NCBI RefSeq assembly: GCF_006345805.1
Contig: NC_042998.1
Coordinates: 181,288,001-181,352,000 of the forward strand
DNA length: 64,000 bases
DNA from: Octopus sinensis
Lineage: Eukaryota
Direction: 5' to 3'
Below the pieces are notes generated by a model, which did no database searches, had not been told where the DNA came from, and saw only the letters and a list, made by a program, of their open reading frames with translations. Below are positions 1 through 12,677 of this stretch, one piece after another. A program made the position numbers and the translations under genes. Each line of letters opens with the position of its first letter. Positions within the stretch are counted from its first letter, which is position 1.

Positions 1-114
1 TCGAAACTTTATACCCTCCTTCTTTCCTTCTTTCCTGAGCGTCCAATAATACTATACTTGTTCCACGTCCACGCGTTGTTGTGTTTTCTCTTTGTGTTTT
101 CATGTTTGGATTAA

Positions 115-115
<1 letters not shown>
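1..115 (+). repeat. Family P1 repeat copy (cut by the window edge)
   Basis: TTTCCTGAGCGTCCAATAATACTATACTTGTTCCACGTCC..CATGTTTGGATTAAC matches the other two copies and is followed by (TA)n like them. Confidence 0.75.
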
Positions 116-147
<32 letters not shown>

Positions 148-1232
148 TGTATGCTCCCGTATTTATGCTCTGTGTAAACTTCTATCTTTAGTGTTTAGGT
201 GCGCGTATCTGTGTGTGCATAATTACTTTTTTTGTATATGTGTCTTTGTAGATGCACACAACCAAGTGTATGCATATATTCATTTAAAGAATCTTTGGAA
301 AATCTTTGAAACATCGTATGTAAGTGAATGTATATGTATGCATTTTAATATATATATTATATAATATATATATATATAGCAATTTCTCTGTTTTCCTATG
401 TTTAATCGCTTTCCTTCATTACATTTCGTTGTACTATCATTCTATATATAAATCTTGTTCATTGGTATCTACTAAAATGCTTATCATGAAGTTTCATCTA
501 ATTCCATTATATTATAAAATGTTTATTTCCACTTTCTCTAATTAGATACAGAACAAACTAAATTAGAAAGAAGCAATTTCAGTTAAATCCTCAAGATGTG
601 TGTTTTTATGATCTAAAAATATCAACTGAAAGAGATTACTTCAATAATAGCTGCTAATATAACTGTTGAAGGTAACGAGCAAGTTTCTCTCTTATTTGGC
701 CTTCTCAGCGAAGCATTATTTAATGAGTTGACATGACTATAATGTGATCAGTATATATAACAATAGATGGAATGTAAAATCCGGATTATGAACATCAATA
801 ATACGACCAAGTAGAATGTGTTTTGTTGTGGTGGGATTTATAAGGTCATTTTCCTTCACTCTATTCATAATCAGTATCTCCCTATTCATCTCTTTCTCAC
901 TCTCTCTTTCTCTCTCTCTCTCTCTCCCTCCCTCTCTCACTCTCTCCCACTGTCTATCTACTTATCTATATCTGTGTGTGAATGTGTGTGTGAGAGTGTT
1001 TGCGCGTGTGTGTAATAAAAGGTTTGACTAACTCCACTCTAGCTAAAGTTTTGTGAGTTAGAAGGTAACAGACAACCTGTTTAATAAGTGAATGCAAATC
1101 CAACCAAACGTGTTGTTAAATACTACTTCCTTTCGTCTACTTACTCATACTCACCTGTTTGTGTGTATATATATATACACCACACACACACATACACACA
1201 TGTATGTATATACATATATATATATCATATAT

Positions 1233-1286
<54 letters not shown>

Positions 1287-1389
1287 CATACGGAGCAAAT
1301 ATTCACGAGAAAATAAATTAGAGTTTTGACTGTTATTTCCAACAGGTAGATATTCTTAGTATGTCCGTTGATTAATTTTAATATATCTA

Positions 1390-1424
<35 letters not shown>

Positions 1425-1461
1425 CATCCATACATACATACATACATACATACATACAACA

Positions 1462-1495
<34 letters not shown>

Positions 1496-1496
1496 G

Positions 1497-1700
1497 TGGA
1501 GGCGCAATGGCCCAGTGGTTAGGTCGTAGGATCGCGGTTTCGATTCCCAGACCGAGCATTGTGAGTATTTATTGAACGAAAACATCTAAAGAACCACGAG
1601 GGTTCGGCAGGGGTGTGGGGAACCCTACTGTACTCTTTCACTAAAACTTTCTCTCACTCTTTCTTCCTGTTTCTGTTGTACGCGTATTTCAAAGGACCAG
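1497..1700 (+). mobile_element. SINE-like family D copy (5' part, with deletion)
   Basis: GTGGAGGCGCAATGGCCCAGTGGTTAGG..GGTTTCGATTCCCAGACC matches 44275. Confidence 0.75.
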
Positions 1701-1702
1701 CC

Positions 1703-1768
1703 TTGTCACACGTATCTGTCACACGTATCTGTCACACGTATCTGTCACACGTATCTGTCACACGTATC
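1703..1768. repeat. 13-bp tandem repeat (TGTCACACGTATC)x5
   Basis: Five consecutive identical units. Confidence 0.9.
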
Positions 1769-1877
1769 TGTGGAGCGCTCAGCCACTTGCACGTTAATTT
1801 AACGAATAGGCTGTTCCGGTGATCAGATTAAATGGAACCCTCGTCGTTGTAATCCACGGAGTGCCACGACAACATAT

Positions 1878-2290
1878 ATTCTTTGACACGTTTCAGTCAT
1901 TTGACTGCGGCCATTCTGGAGCACCGACTTAAAGGGTTTTTGTCGAAGAAATCGACACCAGAATTTATTTGTTAACCTAGTACTTATTTTATTGGTCTCT
2001 TTTGCTGCCAATTTACAGGGACGCAGGATATAAACACACCACCCATCGTTTGTCAAGCTACGGTGGGGGGACAAACACAGACACAAAGACACACACACAC
2101 ACACAACACACACACATATATAATATATATATATATATATATATCTATATATATATATACATATATACGATGGGCTTCTTTCAGTTTCTCTCTAACAAAT
2201 CCACTCACAAGGTTTTGGTCGACCCGAGGCTATCGTAAAAGCCACCTGCCCAAGATGCCACGCAGTGGGACTGAATCTGGAACAACTCAG
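1878..2290 (-). mobile_element. SINE-like family B copy (head-truncated)
   Basis: TTCAGTCATTTGACTGCGGCC..GCCCAAGATGCCACGCAGTGGGACTGAA. Confidence 0.8.
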
Positions 2291-2351
2291 CCACGCTGTA
2301 TGTGTGAGAGAGAGAGAAAGAGAAAGAAAGAAAGAAAGAAAGAAAGAAAGC

Positions 2352-2391
<40 letters not shown>

Positions 2392-2497
2392 AATAGAGAG
2401 ATAGACTGATGGACAGACAGACAGAAACACGGAGAGAAAGTGGTAGACAGGCAGTCTTGAAGTATATATTACACAGATTACAGAAAAAGAATAACGA

Positions 2498-2830
2498 AAA
2501 GCCTTGTTTCTACAGCTGTTTCGGGACAACTATAACTCACGTAATAAGCGTATGATGTCACACGTATGTGCCACATCATACTAAGTTCCGATGAACGAGT
2601 CACAATTAGGTTATCCACCACAATCATTTTACGTTCACCTCTACTGGATACTACTACTACTAGCGCTCCATCGGCTATGATCAACGGAACAGCCTTTTCG
2701 TGAAATTAAAGTGTATGTGGCTGAGCACTCCACAGACACATGTACCCTTCACGTAGTTCTCAAGGAGATTCAGCATGACACAGAGTATGACAAAGCTGGC
2801 CCTTTGAAATACAGGTACAAATATATCCTT
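2498..2830 (+). repeat. Interspersed repeat family E (long version)
   Basis: The 3' block GATCAACGGAACAGCC..GTGAAATTAA..GAGATTCAGC.TGACACAGA..TGACA recurs at about 18020-18205 (+), about 1690-1860 (-) and about 43510-43620 (+). The 5' block 2498-2690 recurs at 3174-3349. Confidence 0.7.
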
Positions 2831-2892
2831 TACTTTCATTAGCTGGCTTTCAAAGCGAGATTGAATTGCATGTAGTTTGCCTTTATTTAAGC

Positions 2893-3055
2893 GTCGCTGT
2901 GAGGAAAGAAGTTTTCTTCCCAAACATAAGGTTCAGAGATCAATCCTACTGTACGGAACCTTGGGAAGTGCTTTCCACTATAACCCCGAGCCGACGGAAC
3001 CCTTGTGATTGGATTTGGTAAACGGAAACTGACAAATGTCTGTCGTATATGTATA

Positions 3056-3090
<35 letters not shown>

Positions 3091-3520
3091 GTATGTATAT
3101 GTGCATACGTGTGCGTGTGTGTATACCTTTGTGTCTGTGTTTCTTCCCATCACCGAAAACAGATGAACTACGTAAAGCCTTATCTCTACAGCTGTTTCTG
3201 GACAACTATAACTTACGTAATAAACGTATGTACCACATCATACTAAGTTCCGATGAACCTGTCAAAGTTAGGAGATCCACCACGCTTATTTTACGTTCAC
3301 CTCTACTGGCTACTACTACTAGCATTCCCTCAGCTATGATCAACGGAACACTGTTGGTATGCTTGAATCCCTGTACCATAGTTGTTCGGCAAAAGAAACT
3401 GATAGATAATTACCAAGCTTTAAAAAATAAGTCCGGAGGTCGATTCATTCGACTAAATTTCATCGAGGTGTACCCCAGCATGGCAGTAGTCCAATGACTG
3501 AAACAAATAAAAGATAAAGG
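2893..3520 (+). mobile_element. Degenerate SINE-like family B copy split by a nested insertion
   Basis: The 5' part 2893-3167 and the 3' part 3350-3520 are collinear with family B and are separated by the 3174-3349 module. Confidence 0.6.
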
Positions 3521-3630
3521 ATAGAAATTTGGATTGACGTATATTATTTGTGTTGCTACTCTTGCTTGATGTATTCAGATTTTAAATAAACTTAAAGGGA
3601 GTGTTTCTACTAATTGCGAGAATAATTTCT

Positions 3631-4063
3631 GGATCTTTTCGGTTTGAACGGCAGTTTTTTCTAGCGGTGTCATATGAAATTGTCACCCATAATTATGACC
3701 CTAGAATCGATCTATTACATTTCAATCTCTTTTAGGGTTAGGGTTAGTTAGGTTTAGGGTTAGGGGTGGGGGGAAGGGTATCTTTTTTTCTTCACAAATG
3801 TAAATAAACCCAATCTGTTTCTTAAACGAGGGACATATTCATACGGCACAGAATACTTTTTAACTCAATAGACGTCACTGATTGATTGAAATTGCAGATA
3901 TTGAAGAAAAAAAACAACAAATATCTTACAAACTATAGAATTTTCTCAATAACGCCAAGAGAAAAAGATGTTTTATAAACACATTCTACCAGTATACGAA
4001 GTTAACAATTTTTTAGTTACCTAGAAATTATGTTAAAAACTGCCGTTCAAACCGAAAAGATCC
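3631..4063. mobile_element. MITE with perfect 29-bp TIRs and 8-bp TSD
   Basis: TIR GGATCTTTTCGGTTTGAACGGCAGTTTTT at 3631-3659 and its exact reverse complement ending at 4063. TAATTTCT is duplicated on both sides. TTAGGG-like repeats lie at about 3732-3765. Confidence 0.93.
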
Positions 4064-5221
4064 TAATTTCTGAGAAGTCAAGTTACTCACTTTGGTAAGT
4101 TTCATACGTGTGATCCTGCCACATGTGCATCTATTATGCAGACTGCTTCTTTGAAATCTTTTCCCAGGTCTGTCGATGTTAAGCTAATCTGGACAACACT
4201 GTTAGAAGTTATCGTTCTCCTCTGTATCATCGAAAAACTCACTTGCATATTACCAGAGATATTCTAAACCGTTGCTACTTCTGTTCTTCAAATAACATCC
4301 TACCATTTTGAATTTGAATAAAAGATGAATTGAACACGACGAGAAAATCTTTGGTCATAATCTACCGTCTTAAAAATGGAAGATACATTATATAATGTCC
4401 AAGATACATTGATTGAAATAAAGAGGGATAGTCGTACCTGAAATACCTTTGATCTTAGGTCTTCCTTTATCAAAGTTGACACGAATCTAAAGAACCACAC
4501 CAACACATCTCAGAGCGTTTAGACTTATTTGCATACAAGATATTCAGTCTCATGTAAAACTACAAAATGAAATATCAACTGACGAATTTGTCTTTACATC
4601 TTCGATGAACCTTGCCGCACCCAACTGACGCGCAATTTTATCAAACCAAGTTTATGCATTAAATTGCGTCCAAGGTTCTCCAGGTCGTGAAATTCGGAGC
4701 CTTAAATCTCTTTCAACATTGCTACAGGCAACTGTCATAAACATGATGTTCAGAATTTAAAATATTCTGCTCAGTTGATAGACAGGAGTCTCAAATGATT
4801 GTCATTTCCATAAAAAAATATTAAGCGTTCCATATAGACGATTGATTGTTTCATGTTTATATATAATATTTATGACTTCGCCGTAATTAAGTTCAATTCT
4901 GCAAGGAAAGGTTAGCTTCTTGGAAAATGATTTGGTTAGTAACTTATTAACTTCCCTCTTTCGTATCGATGCTAATTTTATTGTAGTTGTTGTTACTGTT
5001 GACGTCGTTGTTAGAATTATTGTTTTTCTTCCCATTATTGTTGTTGTTGCCGATGTTTCTGTCGTCATCGTCGTCGCAGTTCTTGTTTAGCACAGATTTA
5101 TCTCTGACCGAGCAAACCGTTGTTATAACCCAAAACATTCCAGTTGTGGCCATTCATTAGTTTGAATATCTAGGAACATATTGTCCGATATGTTTTCCAC
5201 TTTCTTAAAACTGCAAAGTTC

Positions 5222-5524
5222 TTTTGTTCCTTCTCGAGCCATGCCTGGCTCATAAGGGCCGGTTTTCCTGGTTTCGTTGGCGTATAGGTTCCCCACCTGG
5301 ACGGGACGCCGGTCCGTCGCAGGTGAATTGCAAGATGCAGGAGGAAAGAGTGAGAGAAAGTTGTGGCGAAAGAGTCAGCAGAAGTTCGCCATTACCTTCT
5401 GCCGGAGTCGTGTGGAGCTTAGACGGTTCGCTCATAAACACACACACCGCCCGGTCTGAAATTCGAACCCGCTATACCTCGACCTCCTGTCCGCTGCTCT
5501 AACTACTAGGCCATGTGCCTCCAC
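5222..5524 (-). mobile_element. SINE-like family D relative
   Basis: Minus strand GGAGGCACATGGCCTAGTAGTTAGAGCAGCGG..GGGTTCGAATTTC..CCTGCGACGGACCGGCGTCCCGTCCAGG. Confidence 0.8.
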
Positions 5525-6494
5525 TAAGACAGTAAGACGAGACAGAAGAAAGATTTGGCTGCCATTTATAACAGATCGACGAACCACGTTGATGCTTTCT
5601 CATTGATTGTGATTAATTTCATGAAGAATTTCCAACAAAAGCGTTACTTACAATAAAAGAGTTTTCTTTTAATTTTATTCATTGAAAGATATAAACTAAT
5701 TACGAGAAAATATTAATATAAATACCAGAAATATGTAAGATATTAATCATCGAATAGCGCAATGTATTTAAGTGTGTGTGTGGTGTTGTGTGTGTGTGTG
5801 TGTGTGTGTGTGCATGCGTGTACATGTGCACATTCTATTTTTTAAAATTCTTTGACGTCTTCCAATAAAGAGAGGTTAAGTTTCTGGCTAAGAAACAAAC
5901 GTCAATTCACTGGAATTTAGAGAGGTCGAATGTTGAATTAGAGAAAAGTTATTCCCTGGTTTCACTCAGGAATTGAATTCGCAGACGATGAGTTTCATGG
6001 CCACTTTTTTTGTCACAAAACATCAGATTGCCTGTGCATGTGTATGTACATATGTATGCATGCATATTTGTATGTATGTACGTATGCATGCATGCATGCA
6101 TATATGTATGTGTGTCTATGTATATATGCATGTATGTATGCATGTATGCATGTATGTATGTATGCATGTACGTATGTATGCATGTATGTACGTATGCATA
6201 TATGTAGGTATGTATGGATGGATGTGTGTACGAATCTATGCATGTATATAGAGAGACGGATGGATAGATGGATAAACTTGTGTAAGTTTTTATAATATTC
6301 TCTTTCAATGTTTAGTCATATCCAAGGATATGTGAACATGTAAATCTACATTAATGTGTCTATTTCTGCGATTGTGTTTATAGATGTGTTTATAGATGTT
6401 TGTGTTTATAGATGTGTATATATATATATAGACAGAGAGAGAGAGTAGAGAGAGAGAGAGAGAGAGGGAGATAGAGAGAGACAGAGAGAGAGAC

Positions 6495-6867
6495 AGAGTA
6501 GTTGTATGCTGTTAACTTAACGTGACAGTCCCATGAAGGCAATCACACCACTGCTATTTAACCCTAGGAAGTATCAATGCTTCCTGTCGGCCTTGACATA
6601 TTTCCTGTGTCCTTATGTTTACAAGGGCTAGACAGGCATCTCCAACTAGCAGGCCTTGCTACTCCAGACTTGTGACAAACAAAGACTCAAAAAGTCTCTG
6701 GATGCAGGCTTAGGTGGGTGGAAGTGCTTGTCCCCCCTTGTAAACATAAGGACACAGGAAATGTGTCAAGGCCGACAGGAAGCGTTGATGCTTCCTAGGG
6801 CTAAATCACAGTGGTTTGATTCCCTTCATGGGACTGTCACATTAAGTTGACAGTATACAACTACTCT
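6495..6867. mobile_element. Foldback MITE-like element with about 130-bp inverted arms
   Basis: The left arm AGAGTAGTTGTATGCTGTTAACTTAACGTGACAGTCCCATGAAGG..CCTTATGTTTACAAGGG is the near reverse complement of the right arm CCCTTGTAAACATAAGG..CCTTCATGGGACTGTCACATTAAGTTGACAGTATACAACTACTCT. A TA TSD is possible at 6499/6862. Confidence 0.85.
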
Positions 6868-7575
6868 ATCGTTCCACTACTGCTTATATTTCTCTGAGAT
6901 ATTTAGAAATGTAATATATATATATATATATATTCCTTAGTAGATGGATGTAATCACTTTATGACGTAGTTATATTGATGGGTTGGCGAGAGCTTTCCTG
7001 TTGAATGTGAACTTCGTATACGGGAATCCAGGTATAAGGTTTCTCTCAAGTGATTGTTTTGCAACAATTACCAATAGGATGGAAGTGTGTCAGTTACTGC
7101 TACTGGCCATGTAAGCAAGAATCAGCGCAAGAATTAGATTTATCTAACAACTAGAGTGTAAAGTTATTTAATAACATTTTAATTAACTTTAAATCTAATA
7201 TATATTTCAAGCCACGTCAAAATTTTCGTCGCGTAGCTACGTTCTACAGCAGCTGCTTAAGAGTTCTGCTGGTCTTTATCGTAAATTTTGTGTGAGAAGC
7301 AGTTTTTTTTTTTTTTTTTTTTGTAAAATTAAGTTGCGAAGTTGTTTCAGTTTCTTGAAACTATCTTTCCTTTGCTTTATGAGTCGCTAACGTTTACTGC
7401 GATAGTTGTCCAACTTAGAAGGAAATCTTTATTCACTGAGAAGTACCAGTAAACATCATTGCCGTAAGCCACCATCTACTTGCTCGTTTTGTCTTAATTC
7501 CTAAGTCATTGGCTTGTTGGGGTTAACTCCCTTATTTTAATTTTGTACTAATATTATCGTTTTTTGGTTTTGCAG

Positions 7576-7643
7576 TGCTTGATGTTTTAACAAACTTCTT
7601 GAGGAAGGAATTTACCGGAATTAAGTTTGATATTGATATAAAC
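7576..7643 (+). CDS. Candidate internal coding exon of an unidentified gene
   Basis: Strong acceptor (TACTAAT branch-like site, T-tract, TTTTGCAG). Only one open frame (xLDVLTNFLRKEFTGIKFDIDIN). Donor AAC|GTACGA. No homology recognised. Confidence 0.35.
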
Positions 7644-7732
7644 GTACGATTCAATGGATAAAAAGAGGGATGAAAGTGTGTATATTTCCCAGAAAACAAA
7701 ATCATATGGGTAAATGTATGTTTAAATACGTA

Positions 7733-8204
7733 CAGTTCGTCGTCGACTTACGACCACAGTTGGTTTCGACTGATTGATCGTAAGTCGAATTGATCGTAAG
7801 TCGAATTGGTCGTAAGTCGGCTTATAGGCCTACATAGCTTTGTTTTATATTGGTACATTCTTAAGGTACATTCTCAGGTAAAAGTCTCACACAGCATTCT
7901 GTATTATACTATTATATTGGCGTTAATCAAAAATTTCGAAGTCTCAAGCAGTCATCATATGAACAAACATGAGGTTGCCTCGATGTCTCCGCGACAGGAT
8001 AGTTATCCATCACAGTGGCGATCGATAACCAAACCTAGGGGAAGCGTTTGTTAGTCGACATCATCCGTAGATGGGTTAATTTCTAAGAAATTAAACCCAT
8101 TATATTTCAACTGTACTATTTATTATTGCTGCCAGGAGCTAGCGCACCAATCGTCGTAAGTCCATCGGTTGTAAGTCAGATAGTTCGTAGTCGACGACGA
8201 ACTG
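7733..8204. mobile_element. Tc1/pogo(Tigger)-like MITE, TA TSD
   Basis: TA|CAGTTCGTCGTCGACT ... AGTCGACGACGAACTG|TA (16-bp perfect TIR). The subterminal motif TCGTAAGTC is repeated at both ends. Confidence 0.9.
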
Positions 8205-8218
8205 TATATATATAATAT

Positions 8219-8266
<48 letters not shown>

Positions 8267-8601
8267 GTGTGTATGTTGTGTAATTGTGCGTGTGTATTAT
8301 GTATTATGTATGTAGGTAGGTATGTATTTATGTGAGAAAATTGGTTTCGTGGTTGAAAATGCACCTGGTCTAATATATCTTTACTTCATACTGTATTACA
8401 CTGATTTAGTCTGGGAATTACGTTCAGAGAATATGTACTTTGAATGCTCAGCCACATCCACATTAATGAGTAGGTAGTTTAATTATTCAAACAACTGGAT
8501 GTAAGCCGCGAAACTGACCGAGTATGTGTGAGTGTGTGTATGCTTATACATAAATACATACACACACGCACACCCGCTCGCACGCATACACACACACAGA
8601 T

Positions 8602-8656
<55 letters not shown>

Positions 8657-8658
8657 CA

Positions 8659-8689
<31 letters not shown>

Positions 8690-9580
8690 CTCTGTCCACA
8701 CAAGCACACACAGACTAACGCATACAAACATATATGTGTGTGTGTGTGTGTGTATGTGTGTGTATATATATACACGCAAATACGTATATATATAATTATA
8801 TACATATTTATAAACATGCTATATATATATGTGTGTGTATAAAGGGTAAAAAAGGGCATATATAAATACATGATATATTTATATACATATATATATATAT
8901 ACATACATACAAACATACATACATACATACATACATACATACATACATACATACATACATACATGCATACATACATACATACATACATACATACATACAT
9001 ACATACATACATACATACATACATACATACATACATACATACGCATTTACGTACACGCATATGTATGGTGGGGTAAGAGAGAGAGAGAGAGAGTGTATAT
9101 AAATATGTATGCTTGTTTATATACATTTGTGAATGAGCTGCAGCTGTTCTCCATTGCATGTCATTCGAAAGAAGAACTGTAACATAACATACTTCTGAAA
9201 AATGTGTTAAGTATTTCAAGTTTAAGGCTTTGTTATTTTTATTGTACCATTGACAGTGTACAATTATTTTTTGGAAAATGTATGTTTTGCTTGGGATGTA
9301 TATTGCTGGGATTGCCTAAATATATTTATACTGTATTTTCTATGCTTTATCATGATTTAGTTTTGAAATCTCTATATAAGCATGGTGCTTTTTTTTTACC
9401 GCCTACTTTCAAGCTACAGTTTTTATATATCATGCATGTGACTACAGTTGTTATGACGTAGTCTATGTTGGAACAATCTTCCCTTGTCCTTTTACTGAGA
9501 CGAAAATTTTTATGTGGATTATGTTGGTATATGTATATATATACACACACACACACACAGATAGAGACATACTCGCACAT

Positions 9581-9646
<66 letters not shown>

Positions 9647-10309
9647 GCGCGTGGGAGTGTATATATACATATATTATATATATATATATTATATATTATA
9701 TATTATGTATAATTATGTTTAAGATGCAAACAAATCACGAATGCAAAGGAAATCAATACCAAAAGTAGAGCAATTTAGATATTTATTGAAAACGGATTAC
9801 AATTCACTACACTTTCATCTTACGACCCATTGTAATGAAAAACTACTGAAAAAATATGGCATATATTGTTAGATGGGAAATAAGGAACAACAAGAGATAA
9901 ATGATGGGCGGATGAAGTTGGAGTAATGTATGAAATACGCAAGATGAAAAGTGAGTTGTCAACTGTGTAGCAAATACATCGATTTAAAATGTTAGAAAAG
10001 ACGTGTTGTGCTTAAGTATTCAGAAAAAAATTAGGTTGAAAACATCAGTTAAACAGAGCGTAGTTTCCGCATGACCACATTGTCACGGTATTAAATAATA
10101 TATGCTAAAAGATCCTGCTTGGGAAGGGAGATCACTTGATCATTTATTACGTCTTTGAATCAATTTAGGCTGATAAATGGTTTGAAATATATGAACGTTT
10201 AAATTTTTTGTGCTAGCAAGAAGTCACCAGCTCTGCAGTGCGGTTAAGAAAAGAGGGATACGGAAAACGATATTTCTTAATATTTAGAAATACAAAACAT
10301 ACACGGGTG

Positions 10310-11770
10310 TCGGACTGAGTTATAAGATCAGGCAAAACATTAATCTGCATTTGGAGACGTAGTTGAGTTAAAATTCCAAATACATGTAGATAAACGGCCT
10401 GTGTTTCGAGCTTTATGGTGAAAAGTGTGAAATATTTGTTTGTACTGTGATTTGAATGAATTCAAAGTCAAACCGTTTTGCGAGTTAAAAACTATGATAT
10501 TTTCTACAGTTGCACAGTAAGTAATCTCTGTAGGAGTACATTTACTGTCTGGTGAACATTCATTCGAAGGGATGTGGTGGCAAATGTATAAAAGTTGAGT
10601 TGAGGAATAAACGCTAGGTTTGATGCGATCTTGTTTAAAGATAAAGGCTGAAAACCTAAATGTAGCTGAATGAGATACTTATAAAATCTCTATTTAAGAG
10701 TTTTTAGAAACAATTTACTTAGCTATGGGAATAGAAACTTGTTTTGTTTCTTAAAACAAAGGATCGAACCAGGTGATTTAGTTCTTTTTTCTTTTTCTAT
10801 GTATGTGAAATTGTGATGTGTTGGTTTTTGCTCATCGTATATTTTTGGGACAATAGGCTTATTTGTTTTAAGAGACACCAAAATTTTGAAAGGCAGTATT
10901 TTTAATAAGAAGGCTTAGGATATTGTTATCAAGGATATTACTTTCTTTTCTAAATCACTATAATTGTTGATTGATAGTCGGTATTACAGAGGGTTTGTGG
11001 ACCATCATATCTGTAAGCCTCTCAATAATGTTTACAGGTAGATGGCTTAAGAGACATAATCCAATGACGTTGCTAATTTCAGCTGAATCTTTCGAAATTT
11101 CTTTTATCATAGAATAAAATGAATTTCCTTACTTGTAGAATATTAATTTCCCCATCAGCAAGAGGTGAAAATTCTTTTGCCAATTTGAATAAATCCATCA
11201 AGAAGATTTCAGGAATAGAAGAATAGTCGCCTTTAAAATTAGATTGGATAAATCTACACTTTTCTTTGGCCAGTGGGAATTTAAACGAAGTATTCACAGA
11301 TATTCTATGAGTAAGTAGAAAGCTGACTTAACAACCTACATTCGTATCAAAAATACCTTTTATATTGAGACCAGCATGTTTTGTCGGGCTTTAAAATGTC
11401 TAGTAGAGAGAGAATTGTTATCATCGTTCTTAAAGATGAAATACGGGTTTTTCAACGCTAAAGATTCTACGCTACCATCTATATTTAAATCAGTTGTTAT
11501 CCTACTTACTTCTGCATTGCTGTCATTTAAAGATATAAAGTTTGTTTTCTTATAAGTGTTAGTAATAGAGTTAGAGAGGAATTTATGGTAGATGGGTTTA
11601 TCAATTCCGTAGAGATTTTTAGTTGATCGGATTATATGAAAATATTGTTGTTGGTACTAAAGATATTTAATTTTGATTTCAAGTCTCTCTGGAATTCCTT
11701 TATGGTGTTTGAACTTAATGTTGTTGATCATGCGGAAAAGATCTTCAAACGGTTGCAGAAAAGTTTGTTT
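10310..11770 (-). mobile_element. Highly decayed Penelope-like element (RT plus C-terminal GIY-YIG) of a second lineage
   Basis: Minus-strand remnants: DLFRMINNIKF..KEFQRDLKSKL..LKNLYGIDKPIYQIFLSNSITNTYKK; KEKCRFIQSNFKGDYSSIPEIFLMDLFKLAKEF..EINILQVRKFILF (ORF 11079-11297); KDSAEISNVIGLCLL followed by a degenerate GLYRDDG-like stretch (about 11000); PSNECSPDSKCTPTEITYCATVEN..SFKSQYKQIFHTFHHKARNTGRLSTCIWNF (endonuclease-like, about 10380-10560). Confidence 0.7.
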
Positions 11771-12550
11771 TATGAAGTATATTTGTTTGTCTTGAAACCA
11801 AAATTTTAATTTTTTTTTTTTTTTTGCCTAGACTGGACCCTCCGTCTAGGTGTTCATTTCTCTGTATGAGGAATTTTAAATATACGTTTTTGTTTTTTGT
11901 TTTTGTTTTGTTTTTTTTTTCGACGGAATGGTTAGTAAGACAAAGTCGGGATGATGTTTCTATATAACTCACTTTCTATAGGCAGCGCTGCCTTAGAGTG
12001 TTTTACTGAAAGGAGCATAGCAGTAATGAAGCTATTTTACTAAAGTGTGGACAATAACCGGTCCAAACAGCTCAAAACAGAAAGAACAATACTGACATAT
12101 ACTGAAGCTGAAAAAGATTGCAGGGTTACTATTTACTGTAGTTTCATCGCACGAATCGTTTATCACTCAAATACTTTAAAATAGTCAACACAAATGATTT
12201 ACCTTTCCAAGTGATGTCATTTCGAATAAAATTATTTCCCTAACTCTCTTGTCGACCAATTTCTTTTAGGCTTAACCTTTTCTGAATAATTAAACACATC
12301 GCGTCTTTCATCCGTTTGTTTATAACACTCTATATACTTCTCCATTTAAACTCGATATCATGTTACTGGTTTCTTTACATACTTCACTCTTATTCCAAGC
12401 TTATTCTTTCGCAGTTATTTTTACTCACACTCTTCTGAAAGTCTTAAATCAAATTTTATTCAATAATTTCTCGAAATTTCTCTATAGTTTTTTTATCTTA
12501 TTACAATTTGGTAATTTGTGAGAGAAAAAATATAAATATATATTGTTTCA

Positions 12551-12583
<33 letters not shown>

Positions 12584-12677
12584 TCTCTCTCTCTCTCTCC
12601 ATATACATGTACATACATAAATACATTGATACATATATGTTTATATATATATATATTGTGTGCGTATGTGTGTGTGT

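Noticed and set aside
3732-3770. TTAGGG repeats as a telomere or chromosome-fusion scar
   Set aside because: Short, degenerate and enclosed within a TIR/TSD-bounded MITE.
8483-9219. Stacked ORFs of YVCM/HTYI repeats (also at 5949-6308, 15255-15606, 20686-21267, 57092-57392 and elsewhere)
   Set aside because: Translations of (CATA)n, (TA)n and (CA)n microsatellites.
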